Shown: positions 40,546 through 54,175 of the stretch, piece after piece
Position numbering within the stretch: the first letter of the stretch is position 1
Layout: each line of letters starts with the position of its first letter
Assembly: GCF_006345805.1 (NCBI RefSeq)
Contig: NC_043003.1
Coordinates: 96,906,001-96,970,000 of the forward strand
DNA length: 64,000 nucleotides
Reading direction: 5' to 3'
Source of the DNA: Octopus sinensis
Taxonomy: Eukaryota
Notes under the pieces: generated by a model
Told to the model about the DNA's origin: nothing
What the model saw: the letters and a program-made list of their open reading frames with translations, nothing else
Database searches by the model: none
Translations under genes and position numbers: made by a program

Positions 40546-41209
40546 GAATATGAAAACAGTAACAAACCATTATAATCTAGTTATCGTCATGTACTTTCTG
40601 TGGCGGAAATCCGCCTGAGAAAACGCATGCTTCCCACCTAAAAATCTTATGCCAATTGCCTAGTGGTAAAATTCGTTGCTGTCGTTGAAATGATTTACTC
40701 GAAAAATATAAGGGAAATTGATATATCATTAATTCTATCCTCACATTGTGAGAAGCTCTGCACATGATCTTCTTTCTTTATCATTTCAATTTGCTTCAAG
40801 CGAACAATCTCGTTCTTCCCTAAAATCATATGTTTTAAAAACCGTTGGTGCATAGCTAGGTAGCCCTTTTAGTATCACAAGTGGAATCTATGTACATTGT
40901 TTGAGAACCACGGACACAAATGGTTGCAGAAACTGGCGCACCATCACAGCATTATAGAATTGAAAAAACTCCAGTAAACAGCATTAGGAACAAGCAACAA
41001 CTACAATATTAGCAAGTGACACGAGTTAAGTCATGACTCTCAATGCTATTTCAGTGGTTTGTCAGTGTCAGTTATAACGTGATCAAACTAACTCCCTACT
41101 TCCTTCCGTACAATCATAGCAAGACGTTCAAGCGTTTGAAGTGCACATCTTCAGGCATGCAAACTTAAAAGAAACTTTGCAACAACAACAACAACGGCAA
41201 CAATAATGA

Positions 41210-41257
<48 letters not shown>

Positions 41258-41415
41258 CAACAACACTTACAGCAACAGCAACCAACATGCATTAATGCCA
41301 ACAAATGATATTGTCATAAGAATTTTCATTCTCAGTAAAGACTAATAAATGATTAAAAAAAATTATAAAACGGTTTGTGACACTTGCAATTATATGCAAA
41401 TGACAATATTGTTTT

Positions 41416-41486
<71 letters not shown>

Positions 41487-42789
41487 GCTGCTGCTACTGC
41501 TACTGCTACTGCTTCTGTTGCTGCTACTACTACTACAAGTAGTAAATTTATGATATAACTTGTTAGTTTGACTTATTTTCTTCTATATTTTGTTTCTTGA
41601 GTCTTTCTATTCTCTCTCTCTCTGCTCATCTCTCTTTCTCTCTGCCCATCTCTCTTTCTCTCTGCCCATCTCTCTTTCTCTCTTTCTATCTATCTCTCCG
41701 CCTATCTTTTTATACAATCTAAGCCATTTATATGCCTCATCTTTTCCACCAGTAGACTTGACCACTATTTATTTGATTTTCGTTCATTACACCTTCATTT
41801 ACTTCCACAACTCACTGCTATCTTAACCCTTAATTTTCTATCTTTCATCGTATAATTATCAATTTTCTTCATCATCAAGAGTAAATATATTGAAATTTTT
41901 CTTTTCCTGCCATCTGTACCTCTAATGATTTATTCATCAATCTTAGATTAATTCTTATACTTTTCATATTCCTACGATTATATAGTTTCTAACAACATGT
42001 ATGTTATCAATTATATCAAGCAAATCGTTTGCTGAAGAGCAGAACAAAATATTATTTTCATGCTCAACAAATTAGTCGACATCATATTATATTTATATCT
42101 TCCCCCAGTAATCTTACAATCATTTTGAAATATCTGGATGAATATTTGATATGATCTCAATTTTCGCCCAGTCGACGAAACTTCCAGTCTTCATAGTTGA
42201 AGAAATATTCAAAATATGAATAGTTTAACAATATGTTTATATTATATTTTTAATTAATTTATATTACTTATGATAGATATTATCACCCATTGAGCCGGAT
42301 TATAGAGGTAGTCAAATGAATTTATTTTTAATGGTAATTTCTATATACTCCGACACTACATTGTGTTATTTACACACCATTTTGTTGTTGTTTAAAAGCT
42401 ACAATTTAGATTGCAGCAAATAAATATTATTATTAGTTGAAGCTCACCGCTGTAATCTGTGATTCCACAGCCATGGTTGTCAGATCTATCATTATCTTCA
42501 GTAGAGACTATAACTTGGAGATGTTAGACGCTGTTAGATTGCTTTTTCCTAAAATTATTGGAAGATGAACATAACTATAAAGTAAGGGGATAAGGCAAGA
42601 TCGTTAGAGCGTGTAACAAAAGGCATTGCTATATTTATTAATGATCTCTTACGTTCAAGATTCAAATCCGGCTCAGGTCAACATTGCTTTTCATTCCTCT
42701 GGAGTCTATAACAAATAACAGTCAAGTTCTGAGGTTGATACATTCGACTGCTCCATTTTGATGCAAGTCCTTTGCTCAGATACAAAAAT

Positions 42790-43170
42790 AGCATTAGTCG
42801 TAAAATATCAGAACCACATTGAAGATTTGTTGGGTGTAAAGAAATAGTGAATATGCATAGCTAATTTGATAATCATCACTGAAAGGTCAATGAAATTACA
42901 AGAGCTGTATCTATGTATCATTGATTGTATAAAAGTATTTGATAACAGTAAACCATGAAGAAATCATTTAGAAGATATAAATTTAGATAGAAAAGACTGA
43001 TGAATAATCAGATATATTGATATCAAATTAACCGTAATCAAGATTGAAACGAGATAAAGAAAGGTGTACAACAGGAAAGTGTTATCGGCAAACCTGTTTT
43101 CATTCTCCTGTAAAATGATTATGCGATCCGTCAAGTATCTCCCAGGCCCAGTTATCGACGAAGGTTAGCA
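42790..43170 (+). mobile_element. degenerate RTE RT fragment
   Basis: LYLCIIDCIKVFD and GVQQESVI..LF..IMR-like remnants. Confidence 0.5.
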
Positions 43171-44212
43171 TGCAGATTTGCCGTTTACTGAGGTGAGTAG
43201 CAGCAGCAGAACATTATATATTAACAAATATCCTATTATCATTCAATATTTTAATGAAACACTCGTAAGGGTAAAACATGTCAAAGAAAAAGCCACTGTC
43301 GTCGCTTGACCTGCTAGAGATTTATAATCTATTAGCTACTGATATTTGTCTTGTTCCTTCAGTGAATAAAATATAGATTTCTTAGATAGACACGACCGGG
43401 AAATGTTAATAATTCGGTGCGTATGCTTTCATAATCAACTGAAATGCATAATGGATGTTATTTTATTAATTATGAATCTTTCAAGACTAAAACTTATTAC
43501 AATCGGACAATCTTCTGTTTCCGGCACTCAACCTCCCTATTTAATTCTAACTTAAAGATTGATTATGTAAACAAGTTCCAAATTAATTAGAGTTAGGGAG
43601 TTGGTGAATTGGCATAACTAATCAAACACCGTCTGCCTTATAGTATTTAGTTCGATCCCACTGCATTCGAGAATTTCAATGCCACCGACAGAACTTTCTT
43701 TTGCTCGGTGTTGATAAGGATCAGAAATATAGCGACATTGCATTCTCCTTATCCAAATAATTTAAAATAAAGTGAATTCGATCGCACCTCGAAGTTTCTA
43801 TGTCATTCATTTTAATTCTCATTTGTCTCTCTTTGACTTATTGTATAGCCACGTAATGTCATTTGCAGTAATATCTGACTTGAAATGATTTCACATGGAG
43901 TCTGGAAGAAAGCAATGCACGTGGATAGCCAGTTGCCCCCTCCCCTTTATCTATGGTGCAAAAATCCCTTTGTTATGCTTTGCAGTAGATATGTATTGTC
44001 CTAAACATAGTTTCTGTAATTAAAGGATTATGAGCTACTGAAATGCTTCTATATGTATGCTTCAACAACTAGTCTTTGTGTTTAGAGAAAAACACAAAAA
44101 CGGAAAAGTACACGCTGAAGCGAATATTACCTTCCCAATATTCACACCATTACCTCCTGTCTTTTTTGTAAATATATGTTTTATTTCTTTATATTTTTCT
44201 TATTGTTTTTAT

Positions 44213-44565
44213 TTTTTACTTGTTTCATTCATTAAACTGCGGCCATGCTGGAGCACTGTCTTGAAGAGTTTTTAGTCGAACGAATCGACCATAGTACTTT
44301 TTTAAGCCTAGTACTTATTCTTTCGGTATCTTTTGCCTTAACGCCGTTGTAAAGCAGTGGTGAGGGACAAACACAGACACACAGACGCACGCGCACGCAC
44401 ACATATAACGGGCTTCTTTTTGTTTCCGTCTACCAAATCCACTCACAAAGCTTTGGTCGACTCGAGGCTATAGTAGAAGACAATTGCTCAAGTTGCCACG
44501 CAGTGGGACTGAACCCGAAACCATATGGGTGGGAGGCAAACTTCTTACCACACAGCCGCTCCTAC
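44213..44565 (-). mobile_element. abundant tRNA-derived SINE
   Basis: Homologous to 9435-9849. Confidence 0.85.
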
Positions 44566-44859
44566 ACATTTGCGCACAAATACTTGTATCTATACATTCA
44601 TATTTATTCTCAGGATTGATTCCTTTGTCCTTCACCTCATTGCAGGCATGAGGTTTTATGTACAGGGTTGTCGCTCTTTTAGTTTGGTAACCTACTAAGT
44701 ATGCGTAGGTGAGACCCACCGCCCCATTATACCGTCGATGTAGAGACAAACTTTCACAAAAGTTAGATGTGTCTGTCCGTCTATCTATCTCTGTCTGTCA
44801 CTCACACACACTCTCTCTCTCTCTCTCTCTCCTTCTCTCTCCTGCTGCTCATTCTCTAC

Positions 44860-46170
44860 ATGCGAGAAATTTTGGAAGCTGAAGTCAAAGAATCAATTTA
44901 GTACATACCTAGCAACAGCTGTCTACGATTTTTCTACGCAATATGATTACGAAAGTTCTCACCAAGTTGTGCATGAGACGGGCCAGTAGCTTTCAAACTA
45001 AAAGCAATCTTCATTGCTCTGTATAATCTTGCAGACACTACTGACTGTGCGGAGATCAGATTCACTGGAAATATCTTACAGAGAATTCTGCTGGAATGAA
45101 TGAAACGCCTCGAAGGACAACTCGCGCGAGTGCAGACGAGATTTTGTAAAGTGGTGAAAACTAAAGACTAGATGTTAATAACATGTTCCTCATGAAGAAA
45201 ACCGTGGAAGATAATGCTCCATTATACGTGGTGCTCGTTAATTAAAGTCTTTGAAATCAGTTCGACATTCCACACTGGGAGAGTTTGCTGATAATGGGAA
45301 TTAAGGGCTTAAGTTTGATTGGAACGCGAGATTACGAACTGATCTGGTATCAAGAAAGGAATTTGATAAAGGGTGTCTTGTTTTACCTACTTGCTTTAAC
45401 CTTTACTCTGAGGAAGGGCTGTGGCGGTGAGCGGATGATCTCCTTTGAATCGGTGTATAAATCAGCTGCTGGCTAATAAATATTCATCGTTATTCTGATG
45501 ACGTTGTGCTGATCTCCACTTGGATTAAGATTCAGAGACTGATTAACAAGGTTAGTCGAGTCTCTACCGAGTCTTAACAAGAAGTGAGCACGAAAATGAC
45601 CTACGTCTTGGCAGCCACTAGGAAACAAAAGGAGCATGTTCGATAATGCCAAGTCATCAATATAGTTTAGGTTGACAAGTTCAAGTACATGGAATCCAAC
45701 GTTCGCTCCGATCTCTCAATACAATTTAGAAAGTTTGCGCTCTCAGCAGTTTCATCAAAGTAAAACTTCTAAAACCCTTGTTGTGGAAAGTAGTGTGGTG
45801 TGGGTGTGAGGCATGGAACCTAAGGGTGGTAGGTACCAAACTACTAAGGATGTTCAATATGACGTGGTATAGGTGAGCTGTGCGATTCAATTGTTTGACC
45901 CGATGTACGAACGATTCAGTCTTGCAGGAGTCCAGATCAAATGGCTAAATATGTTATATTTTCGCCACGTTGTTAGAACCAGAACACCTGTACTGAGATC
46001 GTTAGGAGATGGATGAACAAGAAATGAGCTCCCTACAGACAAAGACAAAGAGTAGGCGATGAGCAAGAAGGAGCGAGCAAGAAGGAGTTTGGGTGTACGG
46101 CTGCAGTACGAGACCACAGTGTGTGCTGAGGATGGATGGTTGTGTCAAAATCTATGTGGCACAACCATTA
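44860..46170 (+). mobile_element. degenerate RTE-clade LINE, 3' half
   Basis: RYSDDVVLI, QVDKFKYM and LWKVVWCGCEAWNL motifs in broken frames. Confidence 0.65.
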
Positions 46171-46261
46171 ATCCTCAGCATATAGCTTTATAGCAAAGCC
46201 ATACCAGGATTTATATATATGTACATATAAATATATACATAAATACATACATACATATACA

Positions 46262-46305
<44 letters not shown>

Positions 46306-46307
<2 letters not shown>

Positions 46308-46692
46308 CGTGGCACTCCGTTGGTTGCGACGACAAGGGTTCCAGTTGATCCGATAAACGGAAGAGCATGCTCGTGAAATTAACGTGCAAGTGGCTGAGCA
46401 CTTCACAGACACGTGTACCTTTAATGTAGTTCTCGGGGAGATTCAGCGTGACACAGAGTGTGACAAGGCTGGCCCTTTGAAATACAGGTACAACAGAAAC
46501 AGGAAGAAAGAGTGAGAGAAAGTTGTACAGTGTTGAAAGAGTACAGAAGAGTTCGCCACCACCTCCTGCCGGAGCCTCGAGTAGCTTTAGGTGTTTTTTG
46601 CTCAATAAACATATTCAGAACGCCCGGTCTGGGAATCGAAACCGCAATCGCACGACCGCGAGTCTGCTGCCTTAACCACTGGGCCATTGCAC
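46306..46692 (-). mobile_element. tRNA-derived SINE (tail type A)
   Basis: Reverse complement of 50606-50994; duplicated at 47216-47602. Confidence 0.9.
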
Positions 46693-46816
46693 CCCCCCCC
46701 CACACACACACACATAATATAAAAAAAAACGAAGAAAAAACATGTAAAAAGACAACAACGCAAAGACGTGGTACATGCAAAGTATTAACAGACGCTCAGG
46801 GAAAGAAAGAAAGGTA

Positions 46817-46851
46817 GTTTTACGTTTCGAGCAAAGCTCTTCTTCAGAAAG
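46817..46851 (-). ncRNA. minimal hammerhead motif in a solo-pLTR-like island
   Basis: TTT-CTGAAGA-A-GAGC-TTT-GCTC-GAAA-CG-TA-AAA; a second copy is at 47730-47763. Confidence 0.6.
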
Positions 46852-46943
46852 AGAAGACAGAGGAAAGTCCAAGAGAAAAAGAAGACGAAAAAAAAAATCG
46901 CCAACGATCCACATGTCGTTAAATTTTTGAAATAGTGATTGCT

Positions 46944-47060
46944 GGTGCATTGTAGCACCTATATTGCTAGAAATAACAGTCAAAGACCCTTCTAGCCACA
47001 AACATAGCACATAAGGGTCTTTGACTTTTATTTCTAGCCATGTAGGTGCTACAATGTACC
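46944..47060. other. 48-bp-arm hairpin
   Basis: Arms 46944-46991 and 47013-47060 are 44/48 complementary, and two of the four differences are G-U compatible on +; duplicate at 47854-47969. Confidence 0.85.
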
Positions 47061-47113
47061 CTCGGTCACTATTAGTGACAACTGAATTCTTCCCTTTTGG
47101 TTTTATATTGCAT

Positions 47114-47188
<75 letters not shown>

Positions 47189-48025
47189 ATATATATATAT
47201 TATATATATATATAATCGTGGCACTCCGTTGGTTGCGACGACAAGGGTTCCAGTTGATCCGATAAACGGAAGAGCATGCTCGTGAAATTAACGTGCAAGT
47301 GGCTGAGCACTTCACAGACACGTGTACCTTTAATGTAGTTCTCGGGGAGATTCAGCGTGACACAGAGTGTGACAAGGCTGGCCCTTTGAAATACAGGTAC
47401 AACAGAAACAGGAAGAAAGAGTGAGAGAAAGTTGTACAGTGTTGAAAGAGTACAGAAGAGTTCGCCACCACCTCCTGCCGGAGCCTCGAGTAGCTTTAGG
47501 TGTTTTTTGCTCAATAAACATATTCAGAACGCCCGGTCTGGGAATCGAAACCGCAATCGCACGACCGCGAGTCTGCTGCCTTAACCACTGGGCCATTGCA
47601 CCCCCCCCCCACACACACACACACACATAATATAAAAAAAAACGAAGAAAAAACATGTAAAAAGACAACAACGCAAAGACGTGGTACATGCAAAGTATTA
47701 ACAGACGCTCAGGGAAAGAAAGAAAGGTAGTTTTACGTTTCGAGCAAAGCTCTTCTTCAGAAGAGAAGACAGAGGAAAGTCCAAGAAAAAAGAAGACGAA
47801 AAAAAAAATCGCCAACGATCCACATGTCGTTAAATTTTTGAAATAGTGATTGCTGGTGCATTGTAGCACCTATATTGCTAGAAATAACAGTCAAAGACCC
47901 TTCTAGCCACAACATAGCACATAAGGGTCTTTGACTTTTATTTCTAGCCATGTAGGTGCTACAATGTACCCTCGGTCACTATTAGTGACAACTGAATTCT
48001 TCCCTTTTGGTTTTATATTGCATCT

Positions 48026-48057
<32 letters not shown>

Positions 48058-48071
48058 CTCTCTCTCTCTCT

Positions 48072-48145
<74 letters not shown>

Positions 48146-48375
48146 GGTAGTCAAGATAAAACTCTGAGTTTCAGATGCCGAAGTGGAAATCCACAACACC
48201 ATCTCTTCGGTTATCTGGCTATTTGAAAACGTTATGAAAAAATACCGTTAAAAATGAAGGGAAATTACTCTGTTATAACTCTGCTTTGCCTGCGTACTTA
48301 TACATCGCTCGCATTTTTCGTCATAAAAATTATATAAAAATACATAAAAATATATAAAAATATATAAAAATATAC

Positions 48376-50114
48376 AACTCTTACACAACAGCATCATTAA
48401 TAATTATACTAAGGCTAGGGCACAGACATATAACGAAATTAATAAAGAAGCTAGCGTCATCGCCGCTAAACTTAAATTAGATAAAAAAATAGAAACCCTC
48501 CCCCAAAAAGAGGCCTTTATTACTATTAAAGACCACAAAGAAAACTTCTTTTCCAACCCTAAATGTAGGCTTATCAACCCAGCCAAGTCAGAACTAGGGA
48601 TTATTAGCAAAGAAATTTTAGATAAAAATAATACGAAAATTAAGACCGATACTAGGCTAGTGCAATGGTCCAATAGTATAGAAGTCGTAGACTGTTTAAA
48701 GCTATTAAGAATAAGAAAAAAGCGAGGTTTACACAATTCGATATTGTTGATTTTTATGCCTCTATCTCTAAAGAACTGCTAGATAAAGCCCTAATCTTCG
48801 CTAGTGACTTCATAGAAATTAGTACCAATGATAAGGATATAATCTTCCATGCTAGAAAGACATTACTTTTCAGTGAGAATGCAAAGTGGGTAAAAAAACA
48901 CCGACACGGAGGGCGCTTTCGATGTGAGCATGGGTTCATATGATGGGGCAGGTATCTGTGATCTAATTGGACTCTTTCTCCTAGATACCTTCGGTAAGAC
49001 ATTCCCTAACGTACATTTCGCCATCTACAAAGATGATGCCCTCGCCTTAACAGCTAATACAAATGGACCAGCACAAGATCGTTTTAGGAAGGATATTATC
49101 CAGTTAATGAAACACTTCGGACTTAGTATAACTATAGACACTAACCTGACGGTTGTCAATTTCTTAGACGTTTCCTTAGATCTTAATAATAATATTTATA
49201 AGCCTTATAGGAAGCCCAATGATAGACTAAGTTATATTAATGTAGGTTCATGCCATCCCCCTATAGTATTCAAAAATTTAGTTAAAAATATTAGTAAGAG
49301 GATTTCTAGCCTCTCATCTAATGAGGACATCTTTAATAGCGTTGCCCCAGTTTATAATAAAGCTTTAAAAGATAGTGGTTTTAGCGAAAAAATAAAATAT
49401 ACACCTATCACCAGCCCAACAATAAGGAAAAGGAATAATAGAAATAGGAAGGTCATCTGGTTTACGCCCCCTTACTCACCCGAGGTGGCTTTTAATATAG
49501 GTAAATACTTCCTAGCACTGATAGATAGACATTTTCCAGTTAACCATGCTTATAGGAAACTCTTCAATAGACACAATTTAAAAATTAGTTTTAGTTCAAC
49601 TACCAATTTTAAAAACATAATCAATCATAACATACAAAAAACACAAGAAGAAAACAGCTGTTCATGCAGGAATAAAGAATGTGCCCGCTAAATGGAGCTT
49701 GCATGTCCAAGACCATCATATATGAAGCTACCGTAAACTCTATAACCAAAAGACACCGTTTCGACGAAGAAATACGTGGGCCTGACAGAGGGTAATTTCA
49801 AGGCCAGGTTCAATAACCACACTTTGAGCTTTAGGCACTGGAACAAAAGAAAAGCGACACAATTATCCAATCATATTTGGTCTTTAAGAGATAAAGGTGT
49901 CGATTATAACATACAATGGAAGATTTTGGCCAGATGTAAGCCCTATACTAACGGCAGCGGAAGGTGCGGTTTATGCGACATGGAGAGATGGCTTATCTGG
50001 AAAAGCAGCTTAGACCCTACCACATGTCTAAATACAAGAACAGAGCTTTTCGGATCATGCCCACATGTGACTAAATTTCTGTTACGTTTTTGGTCCCCTA
50101 AAGAAAACGGATAG
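48376..50114 (+). pseudogene. PLE reverse transcriptase + GIY-YIG endonuclease, frameshifted
   Basis: ITIKDHKENF..CRLINPAKSELG, FDIVDFYASI, MGSYDGAGICD, YKDD, NFLDVSLDL, CSCR..CPL..C..IIY..YVGLTEGNFKARFNNH..CGLC..C..H; about three frameshifts. Confidence 0.9.
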
Positions 50115-50308
50115 AACATGCTTTCTGTGTTATGTCCCAAGAAGATTTTATATATTTTTATATATTTTTATATATTTTTATGTATTTTTATATAATTTTT
50201 ATGACGAAAAATGCGAGCGATGTATAAGTACGCAGGCAAAGCAGAGTTATAACAGAGTAATTTCCCTTCATTTTTAACGGTATTTTTTCATAACGTTTTC
50301 AAATAGCC

Positions 50309-50371
50309 AGATAACCGAAGAGATGGTGTTGTGGATTTCCACTTCGGCATCTGAAACTCAGAGTTTTATCT
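50309..50371 (+). ncRNA. hammerhead ribozyme-like motif in PLE pLTR (U4C core)
   Basis: AGATAA-CCGAAGA-GATG..CATC-T-GAAA-CTCAGAG-TT-TTATCT; identical copies at 48154-48216 (-) and 60878-60940 (+). Confidence 0.6.
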
Positions 50372-50577
50372 TGACTACCGAGTAATGTAACATATTGTAT
50401 AGATAAATTTCCTCTATTTACATAATATTGAGGTCTCTTTCTTTCTTTTGTTATCTTACCGTTTTATCAATATATATATATATATATATATGTACTATCA
50501 TGTAATATGATATAAGTTCAAATTCCGCTGAGGTCGATTTTGCCGTTCATTTTTCGCCGTCGACAAAATAAATACAT

Positions 50578-51188
50578 ATTTCTTTACTACCTACAAGGGG
50601 CTAAAGTGGAGGCGCAATGGCCCAGTGGTTAGGGCAGCGGACTCGCGGTCATAGGATCGCGGTTTCGATTCCCAGTCCGGGCGTTGTGAGTGTTTATTGA
50701 GCGAAAACACCTAAAGCTCCACGAGGCTCCGGCAGGGGATGGTGGTGATCCCTGCTGTAGTATTTCACCACAACTTTCTCTCACTCTTACTTCCTGTTTC
50801 TGTTGTACCTGTATTTCAAAGGGCCGGCCTTGTCACTCTCTGTGTCACGCTGAATATCCCCGAGAACTACGTTAAGGGTACACGTGTCTGTGGAGTGCTC
50901 AGCCACTTACACGTTAATTTCACGAGCAGGCTGTTCCGTTGATTCGGATCAACCGGAACCCTCATCGTCGTAACCGACGGAGTGCTTCCACTCCACAAGG
51001 GGCTAAACACAGAAGGGACAAACAAGGACAGACAAACGAATTAAGTCGATTACATCGACCCCAGTGCGTAACTGGTACTTAATTTGTCGACCCCGAAAGG
51101 ATGAAAGGCAAAGTCGACCTCGGCAGAATTTGAACTCAGAACGTAACGGCAGACGAAATACGGCTACGCATTTCGCCTGGCGTGCTAT
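50578..51188 (-). mobile_element. Meta-like SINE interrupted by a younger SINE
   Basis: The host sequence resumes after the insert; target duplication ACAAGGGGCTAAA at 50593-50605 and 50995-51007. Confidence 0.85.
50606..50994 (+). mobile_element. full-length tRNA-derived SINE (tail type A)
   Basis: A box TGGCCCAGTGG, B box GGTTTCGATTCC and a 13-bp TSD. Confidence 0.92.
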
Positions 51189-52402
51189 AGATATGGTATG
51201 TGTGTGTGTATATAGTATGTGTGTATATAATTTGTGTGCTACATTAACTGCGACATATTTATCATGATGATTATAGTTCCTCCATTTATCAAGTTCCATT
51301 TATCTTGTTAGTAATATTAAACCTTACACACACACACACACACACACACATACACACATACATACACACACACATACACACACACACACACACCCGTACA
51401 TATATGATACATACATATATTCATATATACTTACCTACTTACTCACCAACCATCCCTTATACATACACACACACGTAAACATTCACTAGTGTTTAAAACT
51501 TTAAGCCATGCTCTGAAAATTATTTCGTTTTTTATATTATATGAAAACAGGCAAATTGAATATAACAAATATGAAAAAAAATCTACTAAATATGGAGAAT
51601 AAAATGGTAAATACGAAGTAAAAAGAATGGTAATCTTTAATTATTTAAACATTAATATATATGACCTATTGTTGCAGTTATCCGTTTATGTTACTTGTAT
51701 ACACACGGGTATAAAATAAAGTTCTAAAACCGTTTTAGCATTGTCACTTCTTTGCATTGTTTCCTGCAGAACTTCCAACAACTCTATCGTAATGTTACTT
51801 TTATTCAGTGTTTTGAGTGTCAGTCTTTTGTAGCTTCAACTACAGCTAACAGCTTTATAGCTTCAACTTTAAACACCTTGTTCATTAATATCGTTATTAC
51901 TGACAATATAATCCATTCGCTTGATGCTTATTAAAGTGAAACTTTGTTGGTTTGGCGAAATTTTATCGCAATATAATTTCTTTTACGTAATATTTCGATT
52001 ACTATATCGTTAGCAATAAAGTGTTAGTGCATTTCTCTCCCTCTCACCCTCTCTCTCTATCTTTCTCTCCCACTCTCTTTCTCTGCACACCACCCTCTCT
52101 CTTTCTCTCTATTTGTGTCTGTGGATGTTTATTTTATTAATAAAAATTTGCCTTAACGACATTAAATTTTAAATTTGTTATTTCTTTGAAGGCGAAATTA
52201 AAAGGAAAAAATTACATGTGATTAATTTGGGGAGGGTTTACAAATAGATAAAAAGTTATTTGGAAAACTTTTAAATACGAAATAATAAACTAAAACGTAT
52301 CAACATAACGATTAAAAAGAACCAATATTGACAGTGCCCTTCTAAGGGCACTGACAATATATATATATATTATATATATATATATATATACTTATGTGTG
52401 TG

Positions 52403-52487
<85 letters not shown>

Positions 52488-52500
52488 GCGTATGTGTATG

Positions 52501-52537
<37 letters not shown>

Positions 52538-52950
52538 GAACAGTTGGAATGAATTTTCGATGGGAATAAAATTATGAAAGTACAGAATATTTTTTTTTTA
52601 TAAAAATACTTAATCGAATAATAAATTTAAAACAACAAAATAATAATAATAATAAATCATATTGTTAGAACATTAGAAGCATTTGCTACTTCGATTTAAA
52701 GCGAAAAGAATGACAAAGATAAACGGAATACCCAGTGAATACAATTTTGTTGAATATGCAAGAAAACTGTGTTTCACAAAAACTATCGGCGGCTGAATTA
52801 AGTATAGGAATCGGCTGGCAGTTATAAATATTGTATATAGGTCGCGCAATTTAACTGACATTTCTAACCGTCATCATCACAACTTAGGCCTTCCTGGTGT
52901 GCGTATTATCACCATCCTGTCTGTTAGAGAACCCAACACCTGAGTGTATG

Positions 52951-53012
<62 letters not shown>

Positions 53013-53278
53013 TGTTTATTTCGCTTATTGTGGTGCTATCATTGCTTCTTTACTGTCCACCAAAGGATGTATATAAAAAGACTGCAGAAGCTTCGATCTC
53101 CAGTTGACGAATATAAAAGTAAGTTCAACTCTTAAATGATATTTCTCTATTGTTTGTTTGTTTCACTACTTGTCTTTGTTACCATTTGTATGTATGCCTG
53201 TATGTATGTATGTAGTATGTATGTATGTATGTATGTATGTATGTATGTATGTATATATATATATATATATATATATTA

Positions 53279-53363
<85 letters not shown>

Positions 53364-53490
53364 CGTATGTGTGTGTATGCACATAAATGGTTTGGTAATA
53401 CAAATAGGAAAATAGGACTCAAAACAATTATATACAGAAGTATATGTATATGTATGTGTGTGTATACAAATAGATATATACTTACACACA

Positions 53491-53536
<46 letters not shown>

Positions 53537-54175
53537 CACACACACTCGCACATTGTACAACATACGTCTTATTGAAGTGAACAGTTTTACTTTCAAACAT
53601 TCTATGGACGGCACGGCTATGTTCGAGTTTAATACTTTTTCATTAATGCTCTTAATTTAATAAAGCTTTGTGTTTTGTTTGAGACTATAATGTCCCTGTG
53701 TTTATCGACATTTACCATGTGAATAAAATTACATTGGTGGACTGACAGAATCGTTTGAGCATTGATAAAATATATTGCGGCTCTATTCGTTCCGTTCTGA
53801 GTTGAGGTTTATCTTGCCTTTTCTCTACTGTGTTCGATAAAATAAAATAAAATAAAAAACAGAGATATTTATACTTGGCAGTGTATAAACGATTACCTGC
53901 TCCTCCAGTTAAATTTCAGGCCTGGCACCTGTATTAGGAACTGTGTTTTCTAACACAGATACAAGGCTAGAAACAGTGGATTAAATTTTCTCCAGAATTT
54001 GGACTGGTACCGTATTATATCGCAGAGGATGAAAGACAAAGTTTACCTCGGTGCTATTTGAACTTAGAACGCAAAGAGCTAGAATAAATATTGCAAGTGC
54101 TTTTTCAGACGATTTAATAATTCTGTCAATCAAACAATCTTCTAATGGTAAACCGTTCCTGTTGCGTGTTGTTGT

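Larger units (their letters stand above)
46304..48060. repeat. ~910-bp direct tandem duplication
   Basis: 46304-~47190 and 47214-~48060 are near-identical and differ mainly in homopolymer and microsatellite lengths. Confidence 0.95.
48143..50470 (+). mobile_element. Penelope-like retroelement (probably Nematis-type), 5'-truncated, with inverted pseudo-LTRs
   Basis: 48143-48375 is the reverse complement of ~50150-50382; internal RT + GIY-YIG coding sequence; (TA)n on both flanks. Confidence 0.92.
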
